From positions 3,662 to 67,661 of the forward strand of contig JAQVCG010000003.1 in the NCBI GenBank assembly GCA_028689875.1: DNA of 64,000 nucleotides, read 5' to 3'. The position numbers and the translations under genes are program-made. Below the pieces are notes generated by a model, which was given only the letters and a program-made list of their open reading frames with translations, did no database searches and was not told the DNA's origin. This document shows, in pieces, positions 8,461-17,641 of this stretch (its first letter is position 1; the number at the start of each line of letters is the position of its first letter). The DNA is from Candidatus Rifleibacteriota bacterium. Lineage in GTDB: Bacteria > Muiribacteriota > Ozemobacteria > Ozemobacterales > Ozemobacteraceae.

Positions 8461-9606
8461 TTAAAGATAAGTGCTTAATTTTTTCTTGTATTCGTCCGTT
8501 TCTGTATAAAACTCAAAAACGCGAGTATCTGAGGGCCTTGAATCCAATATAACACAGGCGGCAACTTCAGCGGCTGCATCATATAAAATTGGTGCCCAGA
8601 AAAGTGATAAAAACATTTTAGCAGTTGTTTCCAGAGATTTTTTTCTCAACAGGACATTTTGTTTTTTTTCTTGTTTTGCAAAAGTAGCTTGCTCTTTTCG
8701 CCATTCTAAAATTTGAGCGCCTCTGGCTTCTGCCTCAGTTTTTAACAAAGCTTCAATTTTTTGGGGAATTAGACTAGCAGTGCGAGCAATTAAAGAGAGT
8801 TTTATGCCTTTGTCGGTTTTTCGAGGTAAATTGTCGAAAGGCCATACTGCCCTGCCTTGTGCTATAATGCAAAGTTCGCGTTCTCTGAACACATCCTCAA
8901 TTGATATTTCGAGGTCTATGAATGAAATAAATCGCTTGATTTCATCTTTTTCTCTTTGTGAAAGGGGGTCAGAATTAGATTCAAGCATTTTAATTAATTG
9001 ACGTGCTATTCGCATTCTTTCAGAGAGATATACTTCTGCAAAGAAAAATGCAGCGGAAGGCTCTGCAACGCCATATTGAACGCCGATAGCCTGATACCAG
9101 CGGTATAAATTTGCATAACATCTTATTTTAAATTCCAGAATAGATTTTACTTCGGCACCGGCTCCCAATGTATTTTGTTCAACTATGTTTTTATCCGCCA
9201 TTTTCTCGCTAAGTTTTAACCAAAAATGCGGAATAGCAAAACCGTTAACGCAAAAGGCAGTTGGATTGTCAACATGGGTTCGATAAGTATAAAGGTCGCT
9301 TTGAGGCAATTTTTTAACAAAGGATTCAAGATCGTTTAAAAAGGTAAGATAAGCGTCGGTTTTAAAATATTCAGCAATTTCTTGTTTAATTTGTTCTTCA
9401 GAAAGTGCTTCAGTCACAGGTTTTCTTTGAATCCAAGAGGGGGTAAAAGCTATCATTTCGGGTTTTTCGTTTATTGCAGCCAAATCGGCATAATTATATG
9501 CAACAGCCCCGACATATCGATCGCTGTTATAACCCGGCAAAGTATATAAAGCATAACCCCAATTTATAATGACTATAAGAACAAGCCATGCAAAAATACG
9601 TTTCAC
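8461..9606 (-). CDS. hypothetical membrane-anchored protein (381 aa)
   Basis: A long ORF with an N-terminal signal anchor (MKRIFAWLVLIVIINWGYA). I recognise no family. Confidence 0.5.
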   Translation of the reverse strand: MKRIFAWLVLIVIINWGYALYTLPGYNSDRYVGAVAYNYADLAAINEKPEMIAFTPSWIQRKPVTEALSEEQIKQEIAEYFKTDAYLTFLNDLESFVKKLPQSDLYTYRTHVDNPTAFCVNGFAIPHFWLKLSEKMADKNIVEQNTLGAGAEVKSILEFKIRCYANLYRWYQAIGVQYGVAEPSAAFFFAEVYLSERMRIARQLIKMLESNSDPLSQREKDEIKRFISFIDLEISIEDVFRERELCIIAQGRAVWPFDNLPRKTDKGIKLSLIARTASLIPQKIEALLKTEAEARGAQILEWRKEQATFAKQEKKQNVLLRKKSLETTAKMFLSLFWAPILYDAAAEVAACVILDSRPSDTRVFEFYTETDEYKKKLSTYL

Positions 9607-9776
9607 ATAAGTTTCCTTGTTTTTTGGTACAGAATAACAAGTTTTTATTCTGCGGTCAAACTAATTAAGAGTGAAGTTTGAGAGTTTTAAGGTAAATATT
9701 TCTTTTTTTTTAATATTTGACGATAGATAGATATAGATAAAGATATATTTGGGCGAATATGCAAATCGGAGGCTTT

Positions 9777-11939
9777 ATGAAACCTAACATTTATTCTCAA
9801 AACATGAAAGCTTTGAGAAAAAACCTTCCTGAGCTGGCAAAGTTGATATCGGGGGAGTTAACTGCCGACTGCGAATACATAGTTGAAGAATCTAAAAGTA
9901 AAGAACTTACTTTAGCGATTAAAAGCGTCGACAAAACCACTCAGATACACAGCAAATACGACCCTGTTCGCGAGGCAAAGCAGCAGATCGAAAAATCAGA
10001 GATTGTAAACCCGAAACTTTTGGTTATATGCGGTTTAGGGCTAGGTTATCATGTTAAAGCAGCCTTAGAAAGCTTCAAAAAAGATATTGCTTACCTTTTT
10101 ATCATTGAAAGAGATCTTTCGGCCCTTAGAATAGCTGTCGAACACGTAGATTTGAGCGATTTGTTCAAAGACAAGCGCATAAAATGGCTCATCGGGCTCA
10201 AAGAAACTGAGGCTTACGCGGCTTGTTACAGCGCAATCAACCGCGAGGGCCTTTCCATGCAACTTAATTTAAAAACCATAACAGTATTCTCGCAACCTGC
10301 GCTTACAACGCTTTACGCCGACTACTACAAAGAAATGATGCGGCATTTTAAAGAAGCGGGGCACGCGACCATCTTCAACTACGGCAATTCGTCTGACGAT
10401 TCGCTGATTGGGCTGTATAACATATTAGACAACATAAACATTATAGTCAGAAACCCCGGCATTAAAGACCTTTACAACTCTTTTAAAGGGGTGCCCGGAA
10501 TTATTGTTTCGACGGGGCCTTCGTTGAGCAAAAACATTGAAAAACTCAAGCAGGCGGTGGGCAAAAGCATTATTGTGGCGGCAGATGCGTCGCTTGCGCC
10601 GATGTATAAGAGGAACATTAAGCCCGACATGACAGTGAGTTTAGAGCGCATAACCAAGACCGGGCACATGTATGAAGAGCTGGACGAGGATTACAAGAAA
10701 GACATTTATTTAGCGGCAACGCCGGTCATTATGAATATGGCTTACGAACAGTGGAACGGGCCGAAAATCATTGTTTACAGAGATTTTGCACATTTTAAGT
10801 GGGTCGGCATTGATAGAGGGATTTTGCCTATCGGGCCGTCTTGTTCGAATCAGGCATTTCAGATTTTGAAGGCTATGGGTTGCGACCCCATAATTTTGGT
10901 GGGGCAAGACTGTGCATTCGAAAGTCTCGAAAAGACACACGCCGACGATGTTTCGGCTATGACGAAGCTTAATTTGCGTGAAACGGATTTGATTAAAGTT
11001 AAGGGCAACTACACTGATTGGGTTTATACGAACAACATTTACAACATTTTCAGAAAGAATTTTGTGACTGATATTGCGGCATACAGCGGCAAATGCATAA
11101 ACTCAACCGAAGGCGGCGCATTTATTGAAGGTACTGAGCTTATGACACTGCAAGAGGCCATAGACAAATATTGCACAAAAGAAATAGACATTAAAGAAGT
11201 GTGCAATAAAAAGCTAAAAACCCCCACAGACAGTGATGTGTCATCAAGCTGGGCAACTTTTAAGAGAGTTTTAAAAGAAACAATCAAAGAAGTTGAAGAG
11301 GTAATTTCGGGTTGCAACAAAGGGGTTGAAGAGATTACTAAATTTGAAGAACGTCTTGCCAACGAGGGCTACAATGAAATTGAAGACTTTTTAGAGCGGT
11401 TTCCGGAAAATGATTTAAACGCTGTATTTTTGATACTTAACAAGATCAGGCTTAAAATAGTTACATCGGGCAAGTATTTCAATTTGTTTCTAATGCACAT
11501 TATTCAAATGATTATAATACATTTTGAAATAGAGTTTAATGCGCTGCCAAGCATGTCGCAAGATCAAAAGCGGTGCAGATTGCAGGCCATAAGAATGCTT
11601 AAGAAATGGTTCCCACAAATTCGCGATGTCTCAAGACGTTCACTTGAACACATTAAGAGCCAAAAAGCTGAAAATTACAGAAACGAAAGAGTTTTCGAGC
11701 GGGTAATTCTTGAAGACAAGCCTTTATTTGACGTAAGCTGGGAAGAATACAAAAAAGGCGTGTTAGATCAAAACCCCACCGATGCTGACAGGCACAGTCT
11801 GCTGTTTTATTATGCAAAAGAGCAGGAAAACATGCGTAAAGAAAACCACTACATGACGAAAAGAGATTTAGAACGTCACCAACAGCGCATAGCAGAGCTG
11901 AAGCAAGCGTTAAAAGACTATTTCAACTTAGAAGTATAA
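9777..11939 (+). CDS. Maf-like (motility-associated-factor / DUF115, MptE-like) putative glycosyltransferase
   Basis: The central block GVPGIIVSTGPSLSKNIEKLKQ...IIVAADASLAPMYKRNIKPDMTVSLER is the hallmark GPSL...D..L....I.PD motif of DUF115/Maf proteins. I prefer the ATG at 9777, which has a GGAGG 4 nt upstream; the ORF track starts at 9759. Confidence 0.7.
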   Translation: MKPNIYSQNMKALRKNLPELAKLISGELTADCEYIVEESKSKELTLAIKSVDKTTQIHSKYDPVREAKQQIEKSEIVNPKLLVICGLGLGYHVKAALESFKKDIAYLFIIERDLSALRIAVEHVDLSDLFKDKRIKWLIGLKETEAYAACYSAINREGLSMQLNLKTITVFSQPALTTLYADYYKEMMRHFKEAGHATIFNYGNSSDDSLIGLYNILDNINIIVRNPGIKDLYNSFKGVPGIIVSTGPSLSKNIEKLKQAVGKSIIVAADASLAPMYKRNIKPDMTVSLERITKTGHMYEELDEDYKKDIYLAATPVIMNMAYEQWNGPKIIVYRDFAHFKWVGIDRGILPIGPSCSNQAFQILKAMGCDPIILVGQDCAFESLEKTHADDVSAMTKLNLRETDLIKVKGNYTDWVYTNNIYNIFRKNFVTDIAAYSGKCINSTEGGAFIEGTELMTLQEAIDKYCTKEIDIKEVCNKKLKTPTDSDVSSSWATFKRVLKETIKEVEEVISGCNKGVEEITKFEERLANEGYNEIEDFLERFPENDLNAVFLILNKIRLKIVTSGKYFNLFLMHIIQMIIIHFEIEFNALPSMSQDQKRCRLQAIRMLKKWFPQIRDVSRRSLEHIKSQKAENYRNERVFERVILEDKPLFDVSWEEYKKGVLDQNPTDADRHSLLFYYAKEQENMRKENHYMTKRDLERHQQRIAELKQALKDYFNLEV

Positions 11940-12311
11940 CTAGAAATCGGAGTAATTTTTACCGTCGAGGCTTTGGCCTTCGGCACCGGATTTCACATCA
12001 TAAAGATCGTTTAGGCCCTCTTCGGAGGGCACATAGACCCAAGTATCAGTGCGATTGGTAAAGGGATCTAGGGGCACAGATCGCAGATAACCCTCTTTAA
12101 CGAGAGTATTTAGTGATTCGGGCCATTTTTCGTTGTCTTTGTAGTAATCACTTATCAGAGAGCGAAAAGTCTGCAAATTCTGTTTAAGAGCAGACTCTTT
12201 AGCACGGGTTACAGATTTGCTGTACATTGGCGTGACGGCGGCGACTAGAACACCTATGATTGCAACTACCACGCTGAGTTCTATAAGAGTAAAGCCTTTT
12301 TTGCGTGTCAT
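11940..12311 (-). CDS. GspG-like type II secretion / type IV pilin-family pseudopilin
   Basis: It has a class III signal peptide and the N-methylation motif MTRKKG|FTLIELSVVVAIIGVL, with Glu at position +5. The body (LxxALxxYYxDNxxWPxSLxxLVxEGYLxxVPxDPF...Y...SGAEG..LDG) is colinear with GspG/EpsG. Confidence 0.85.
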   Translation of the reverse strand: MTRKKGFTLIELSVVVAIIGVLVAAVTPMYSKSVTRAKESALKQNLQTFRSLISDYYKDNEKWPESLNTLVKEGYLRSVPLDPFTNRTDTWVYVPSEEGLNDLYDVKSGAEGQSLDGKNYSDF

Positions 12312-12348
12312 TTGAATAACCTCTAAATCTATTTAAATTGGCGATTTA

Positions 12349-13389
12349 TCAAACTTTTGTTGATCTTAAAAGTTCAAGAAATGCGTCAGCAGAGGGTCTG
12401 TCGATGGCATTTTTCAGAATAAGGTGGTTTATATATTCTCCAAAGAGTGCACTGCCCATGGCTAGATTCATTATGTTGCCTTCCAGTTGTGAAGCTTTGC
12501 CTTTTTGAATGATTCCTGCGGCAATGCTGTTCATAATCAAGGTTTCAAAAGCAGGCACAATCTGGTTGCCATTTTTTGTTGAAATTAGTGCCTGAGAACA
12601 GACTCCAATCAGGTTGTCAGCCAGCACCTGCCACACGTAATCTCTGTGTTCTTCGGGAAAATCGAAAACAAACTTTTCGATTGCTGCGACGAAACCTAAT
12701 GAAGACATAGCAAGTATGACAAAACTGCCGCCTGCAACCAGCTCTAGTATGCTTTTAAACGGGATAGTTTGTTTTATGTCAGATATAATAAAGGTATCGA
12801 CGTCCATTTTTTTTGCAAAATTGAGTCCTTGGTTGAAGTCAAGAATGTCTTTGCCTATTTGTCTTTGTGTTATTCGAGATTTTTTAGATTCAAAGTTAAA
12901 TTCTATGGGGTCTTCGATAGTAATTATGTGTCTCGAGAATTTGTTATTAAGGTGCTCAACGATAGCCGCTATTGTTGTAGATATGCCTGATCTTGCAGGG
13001 CCGGTGATAATAAACAAACCTTTTCTTGATTCAATTAAAGGAATTAATGCATCAGGGAAGTTTATTTCTTTAAGCCCCGGTATTTTATTGCTGATTATTT
13101 TAATGATCAGCACCGGTTTTTCTTGTGCTTGAAATACTGTTAAGCGTATGTTTGCGGATAATTTTCCGAAGATATTTATTTCAAAAAAGGTTTTTTTTGC
13201 CACTTTTTTAAGTTCTTCGGGAGCCAATAACTCGTTTAACACGCCTGTCACGTCTTCTTCAACAATTATCGGCAAATCCATGCCACGAAGCTGTTTATTT
13301 TTGCGCATAAGCGGCTTTGAGCCTATTTTGAGCTGAATTTCATTGCCGCCTTCGCTGATTACTTTTTCTACCAGTTTTCCTATATCCAT
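12349..13389 (-). CDS. PilT-family ATPase paralogue, degenerate (Walker A Lys replaced by Ile; Walker B and His box altered)
   Basis: It is PilT-sized (346 aa) and colinear with PilT. The Asp box TIEDPIEF is intact. Walker A reads GPARSGIST, with the Ile codon ATA at 12982-12984 on the minus strand. Walker B reads FIISDIKQ instead of ILVGEMRD. The His-box histidines are replaced (GGSFVILAMSS). Confidence 0.8.
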   Translation of the reverse strand: MDIGKLVEKVISEGGNEIQLKIGSKPLMRKNKQLRGMDLPIIVEEDVTGVLNELLAPEELKKVAKKTFFEINIFGKLSANIRLTVFQAQEKPVLIIKIISNKIPGLKEINFPDALIPLIESRKGLFIITGPARSGISTTIAAIVEHLNNKFSRHIITIEDPIEFNFESKKSRITQRQIGKDILDFNQGLNFAKKMDVDTFIISDIKQTIPFKSILELVAGGSFVILAMSSLGFVAAIEKFVFDFPEEHRDYVWQVLADNLIGVCSQALISTKNGNQIVPAFETLIMNSIAAGIIQKGKASQLEGNIMNLAMGSALFGEYINHLILKNAIDRPSADAFLELLRSTKV

Positions 13390-13400
13390 TTTTCACTCTC

Positions 13401-14441
13401 CTAGTTGCTGAACCGCTTTTTGTCGATAGAGAATTCGGCTGCCGCCTTTTTGGTAATATAGCCGGTTCTAAGAAGTTCAGCCAGTTGCGAATCGAAGGTT
13501 TTCATTCCTGCTATCTCGCCTTGCGACTGCAAAGTTCTGAACATTGTGAAGTTGTTGTTTCTGATTAAAGAGCGCAGTTGGGGAGTGTTGACCATAACGT
13601 CAAAAATAGCTTTGCGCCCGCTTTGGTCTGTTTTTGGCACCAAACGCTGACTTATAATCATAGTCAGCTGAGATGCCAACTTAGAGCGCAACATTTCACG
13701 TTCAGAAGGGCTTCTTAAATTTATAATTCTTTCTAATATTTGCAGACAATCGCCGCCTTCGGTTCCGCCTATTACTGTGGTTCCGCTTTCACAAAGGCTT
13801 AGAGCTTTATCCATTGCATCGGGATAATTGAGTGAGTCAGAAACAACCACATCGGGGTTAACTCTGCCCATTTCACACAGACCGGCATAGAAATTACTTA
13901 TATCCAGAGGAATACTTCTTTGAATAATGGCAGATTTATTATCTTTGAACACGTATTCAACGGGGTTTTCAATAGTAATTATATTTTTTTCAAAATAGCT
14001 GTTATAAAAATTTATAATCGAAGCAATAGTGCTTGTTTTGCCCTCGCCTGAAGAGCTTCCGACCAAAATTAGGCCGGCATGTTGCGCCAGAACCTTTTTA
14101 ATGGCTTCAGAGAATCCCAATTCTTGAAAACCATAAATTTTGTCACTTATAAAGCGCACCGACATGGCAAAACGCCCTCTATCAAAAAAAACAGAGAAGC
14201 GCAGTCTGCCCACAGTTTCGACATCTGCCGCATAAGTTACTTGCCTATATTTACCGAGTATCTCACGGGCTTTTGGGGAGCTTGTTTCTAGTATTATTTT
14301 TTTAATATGCTCTTCAGCGACTGTTAACGAATCTAAGGTTTGTATTGTGCCGTTAACCCGATAATATACCGGACAATCTGGGTAAAGATGCATATCAGAT
14401 GCACCTTTAACTTTTACAAGCTGACAAACTTTTAAAAGCAT
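13401..14441 (-). CDS. PilT-family ATPase paralogue, degenerate (P-loop Lys retained; Walker B and His box altered)
   Basis: The 346-aa protein is colinear with PilT (ASDMHL..., RFSVF...). Walker A reads GSSSGEGKTST. The Asp box reads TIENPVEY. Walker B reads VVVSDSLNY instead of ILVGEMRD. The His box reads ESGTTVIGGTEGG instead of ETGHLVFGTLHT. Confidence 0.8.
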   Translation of the reverse strand: MLLKVCQLVKVKGASDMHLYPDCPVYYRVNGTIQTLDSLTVAEEHIKKIILETSSPKAREILGKYRQVTYAADVETVGRLRFSVFFDRGRFAMSVRFISDKIYGFQELGFSEAIKKVLAQHAGLILVGSSSGEGKTSTIASIINFYNSYFEKNIITIENPVEYVFKDNKSAIIQRSIPLDISNFYAGLCEMGRVNPDVVVSDSLNYPDAMDKALSLCESGTTVIGGTEGGDCLQILERIINLRSPSEREMLRSKLASQLTMIISQRLVPKTDQSGRKAIFDVMVNTPQLRSLIRNNNFTMFRTLQSQGEIAGMKTFDSQLAELLRTGYITKKAAAEFSIDKKRFSN

Positions 14442-14460
14442 TTTTGTATCCTACCTTCTT

Positions 14461-16605
14461 TTACATTCTCTGCAGCAATTCTAACACATTTTTAAGAACT
14501 TGGCTGTCAGGCGGAAGCGTTTTTCTTAAGCCCTCAAGTATGATTCGGGCTTTATCAGTTTCGCCGATAGCAAAATGGCAGAGCGCCAAGTGATAAGTCG
14601 ACGACAAATCGCGAGCATTAGCCTTTAACCCCACATTTAAAGCCGCAATAGCTTCAGCATATTTTCTTTGGTTGTAATAAGCCAGTCCTAAGGCCCCGAA
14701 TACTTTGATAATATTCTTTTTGTCGTCGCTTTTAAGATATTTTTTAAGTATTTGGTAACATTTTGCAAGATTTGCCCAATCTTTGTTTCTAAAATAAACT
14801 TGCCCCAGTAAAATACCGGAATTTATTCTTTCGGGGTTCAGTTCAAACACCTTTGATAGAGCGCTCTCAGCGCCTGCCATATCGCCCAGTTTATATAGAG
14901 TGCTGCCCAAAAAGTAGCCTGCATCGGCATTTTCCGGTTGAATTGCCAAAAATTCAGTAAACACATCGCGTGCACGAGCAAAATCTTCGTTAAGATAATA
15001 TTCGCGGCCTTTTGCCATAAGTTCTTCAGGGGTCATTGCGGGCACATCAAAGTTAGCTACACCCGCCATATCGGCTTTAACTTCTTTTTCAAAGGCTTTT
15101 AGAAGCACCGTCGAATAGGCATCAACATTTTGCACAAAAGCCCCTACCTCGCCTGCAATACGCACGAACACGGTTTTTTCTTGTTCTCTCTTTTTATCTG
15201 CCAGTCCCTGCGCAACCTCTTCAAAGACCGGTAATTCACCGTTTAAAAGCAAGGCGCGATAGTATTCTGCAAAAACTCCGGCTCTTACCGGACCCAAAAA
15301 CTTTTTGGCTTTAACAAGACATTCACGGGCGCCCAAATGCCCTAACGCGGCTATAAGCCACTCAATTTCTTCTTCTTTTTCCAGTTTGATTCTGTTGAGT
15401 ATTTTTTCTGAAGTCACGCTCAGCTGGTGCTTTACGATATATTTCAATATTACTTCGATAACCGGAGATGAGTTTTCTTTGTCTAATAATTCAACTATTT
15501 TTTCATCAGGGAAATCGTTGATGAAAGTTGCGCATTCAACCGCTTCTCTTCTGACCCATTCGCTTTCATCATTTAGCAAAGGCAGAATTTCGCGCAGTCC
15601 GACAGCGCTTGTTAGTGACAAAGCTGCTTTTAATGCCATTTTTCGCACACCAGGATTACTATCGCCTAAAAGCTTATGAATATACTCTTCGCGTTTGGGA
15701 TTTTCGATAACCGACAAAACATATGCGGCCGAACGTCTTGTTGGAGCATCGGCGCTTACTATCATAGCATCAAGTTCATCACTCACAGCTTTTGGGTCTG
15801 CCTTTGCAAGCGCCAAACACACATTGGCTCTGACACGATTATTCGGGTGACCGTAAAAGTTTTTGAGTTTGCGTTTCATTTCCAGAGCGGGAATTTTTAG
15901 CATGGAAATAGCTTCGACGGCATTAGCTTGAATACGCGGGTCAAATGATTCTAAGCCGCTTTCAAAGGTCTTAAGCAGCCGCCCTTCTGCAAAGGTTGAA
16001 AGTGACGATATAATTATTGCTTTAAGACGAGCATCGCGAGAGGTTTCGAACTGTCCTACCAGCGCCGGCACAGCTTCGGGATCCTGCATTTTAGATAAAA
16101 TTTCTAATACGTTAATAACTATCCATTCGTCAGGGTCGCTGAGCAAGCTGCAAAGCGCATGCACAACATCGCGGCCGCCCATTTTAAAAAGGGCACGTGC
16201 AGAATAATATCTGACCATCCTGTCTTCGTCGTGCAAAAGCTCCATTAAGGATTTGGTGGCCATTGGGTCGCCAATTTCGCCCAGCACGCGCACTATTTCG
16301 TCTTTATAAAGGGCATCGGGGTCTTGCAGTCTGTCTATGAGCTTTGATACGGGCGAGCTGTTTTTGAAATACCCTAATGCGGTTATAGGCTCAACATAGT
16401 CGTAAAAATGATCGAATGCGCGCGTTAACACAGACAAGGATTCGGGGTCACCTATTTTTCCTAACGCCAAAAGCGATTCAAGTCTTAATGTGTCGGATGA
16501 ATCATCATCGGCGGCGATCTTTTCGAGTGTCTGGGTCGCAGGTTTCAGCAGTCTGCGTGCCGCTTTAACATATCTAAACGATTCAATTTCAAAAGTAGCA
16601 GTCAT
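14461..16605 (-). CDS. HEAT-repeat (PBS-lyase-type) plus C-terminal TPR protein
   Basis: The N-terminal two thirds carry repeated DP..VR..A..AL..IGDP.A...L motifs (for example HDEDRMVRYYSARALFKMGGRDVVHALCSLLSDPDEWIV). The C-terminal third carries TPR units (YFLGSTLYKLGDMAGAESALSKVFELNP...). The start codon overlaps the stop of the upstream pilT as ATGA at 16602-16605. Confidence 0.8.
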   Translation of the reverse strand: MTATFEIESFRYVKAARRLLKPATQTLEKIAADDDSSDTLRLESLLALGKIGDPESLSVLTRAFDHFYDYVEPITALGYFKNSSPVSKLIDRLQDPDALYKDEIVRVLGEIGDPMATKSLMELLHDEDRMVRYYSARALFKMGGRDVVHALCSLLSDPDEWIVINVLEILSKMQDPEAVPALVGQFETSRDARLKAIIISSLSTFAEGRLLKTFESGLESFDPRIQANAVEAISMLKIPALEMKRKLKNFYGHPNNRVRANVCLALAKADPKAVSDELDAMIVSADAPTRRSAAYVLSVIENPKREEYIHKLLGDSNPGVRKMALKAALSLTSAVGLREILPLLNDESEWVRREAVECATFINDFPDEKIVELLDKENSSPVIEVILKYIVKHQLSVTSEKILNRIKLEKEEEIEWLIAALGHLGARECLVKAKKFLGPVRAGVFAEYYRALLLNGELPVFEEVAQGLADKKREQEKTVFVRIAGEVGAFVQNVDAYSTVLLKAFEKEVKADMAGVANFDVPAMTPEELMAKGREYYLNEDFARARDVFTEFLAIQPENADAGYFLGSTLYKLGDMAGAESALSKVFELNPERINSGILLGQVYFRNKDWANLAKCYQILKKYLKSDDKKNIIKVFGALGLAYYNQRKYAEAIAALNVGLKANARDLSSTYHLALCHFAIGETDKARIILEGLRKTLPPDSQVLKNVLELLQRM

Positions 16606-17639
16606 TCAACTATCTCTTTCATTATGTTACTAATCAGCTTAGGGTCAACTCTTTCGTCTTTTAGAATTTCCCCGAGTGAATCTTTGAGTGTCTTACACCC
16701 CTCTTTTCTGGCAAGCATCAAGGCTGATTTAAGCTGATTTGATTTTCTTTCGCGTATCATGTTTCTCATGGCCGAGTTTAGTATCATGAGCTCGTAAGCC
16801 ATGGCGCGTTCTTTTTTATGAATACAAGGCAAAAGGATTTGTGAAATAAGCCCTATAAGTGACATTGAAAGCTGGGTTCTGATTTCATCGTGTCTGTGGC
16901 CGGGAAACATATTGATTATGCGGTCAATTGTTTGCACTGCCCCGACTGTGTGAAGGGTCGAAAAGACAAGGTGTCCTGTTTCAGCGGCTGTAAGCACCAT
17001 TTCAATAGTTTCTACATCGCGCATTTCGCCTACCAGAATTACATCGGGGTCTTCTCTGAGAGCGTTCATTAAAGCACTCTGATAAGACGATGATGTTACG
17101 CCGATTTCACGTTGTGTAAAAATTGATTTTTTTTCTTTATAAACAAATTCTATGGGGTCTTCGATTGTAACAACATGCCTTGATGAGCTGCGGTTTATTT
17201 CGTTGACAATCGAGGCAAGAGTATGTGTTTTACCGGAGTTTGCGGGGCCGGTTACTAAGAACAGCCCGCGTGGCTTAAGAGCAATTTCTTTTAAAATTGG
17301 GGGCAATCCAAGATTGTCGACAGACGGAATGTCAAGGGGAATAAATCGAAAAGCGCCCGACAGACAACCTCTTTGCATATAAATACAAACGCGCACGCGC
17401 CAACGGTTTTTATATTTAGCCATAAAGTTGGCCTCAAAGGTTTGCTTAAGATCTGTTTGCGACTTTACGTCCATTAGGGGCAAAAACAAATTTGGCATTT
17501 CTTGGTAGGCCAAAGGTTGTTCTGCAAGAGGAATAAGCCTGCCGCCGACTCTTATAATTGGCGGCGAACCGGCTTTAAGATGCAAATCTGAGGCTTTTCG
17601 TTCAATTGCGATTTCAAAATATTTATATATTTTCAGCAT
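16602..17639 (-). CDS. pilT: PilT-type (retraction-type) type IV pilus ATPase, catalytic motifs intact
   Basis: All four catalytic boxes are intact: Walker A GPANSGKT, Asp box TIEDPIEF, Walker B DPDVILVGEMRD and His box ETGHLVFSTLHT. At 345 aa it lacks a PilB/GspE N-terminal extension. Confidence 0.85.
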   Translation of the reverse strand: MLKIYKYFEIAIERKASDLHLKAGSPPIIRVGGRLIPLAEQPLAYQEMPNLFLPLMDVKSQTDLKQTFEANFMAKYKNRWRVRVCIYMQRGCLSGAFRFIPLDIPSVDNLGLPPILKEIALKPRGLFLVTGPANSGKTHTLASIVNEINRSSSRHVVTIEDPIEFVYKEKKSIFTQREIGVTSSSYQSALMNALREDPDVILVGEMRDVETIEMVLTAAETGHLVFSTLHTVGAVQTIDRIINMFPGHRHDEIRTQLSMSLIGLISQILLPCIHKKERAMAYELMILNSAMRNMIRERKSNQLKSALMLARKEGCKTLKDSLGEILKDERVDPKLISNIMKEIVE

Positions 17640-17641
17640 AA

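Noticed and set aside
9715-9750. A GATA-rich run (cgatagatagatatagataaagatata) that at first glance looks like a micro-repeat or CRISPR-like periodicity.
   Set aside because: It has only a few irregular 4-6-nt units and no spacer/repeat structure. It sits where a -10/UP-like AT-rich promoter region for the Maf-like gene is expected. No CRISPR array exists anywhere in the window.
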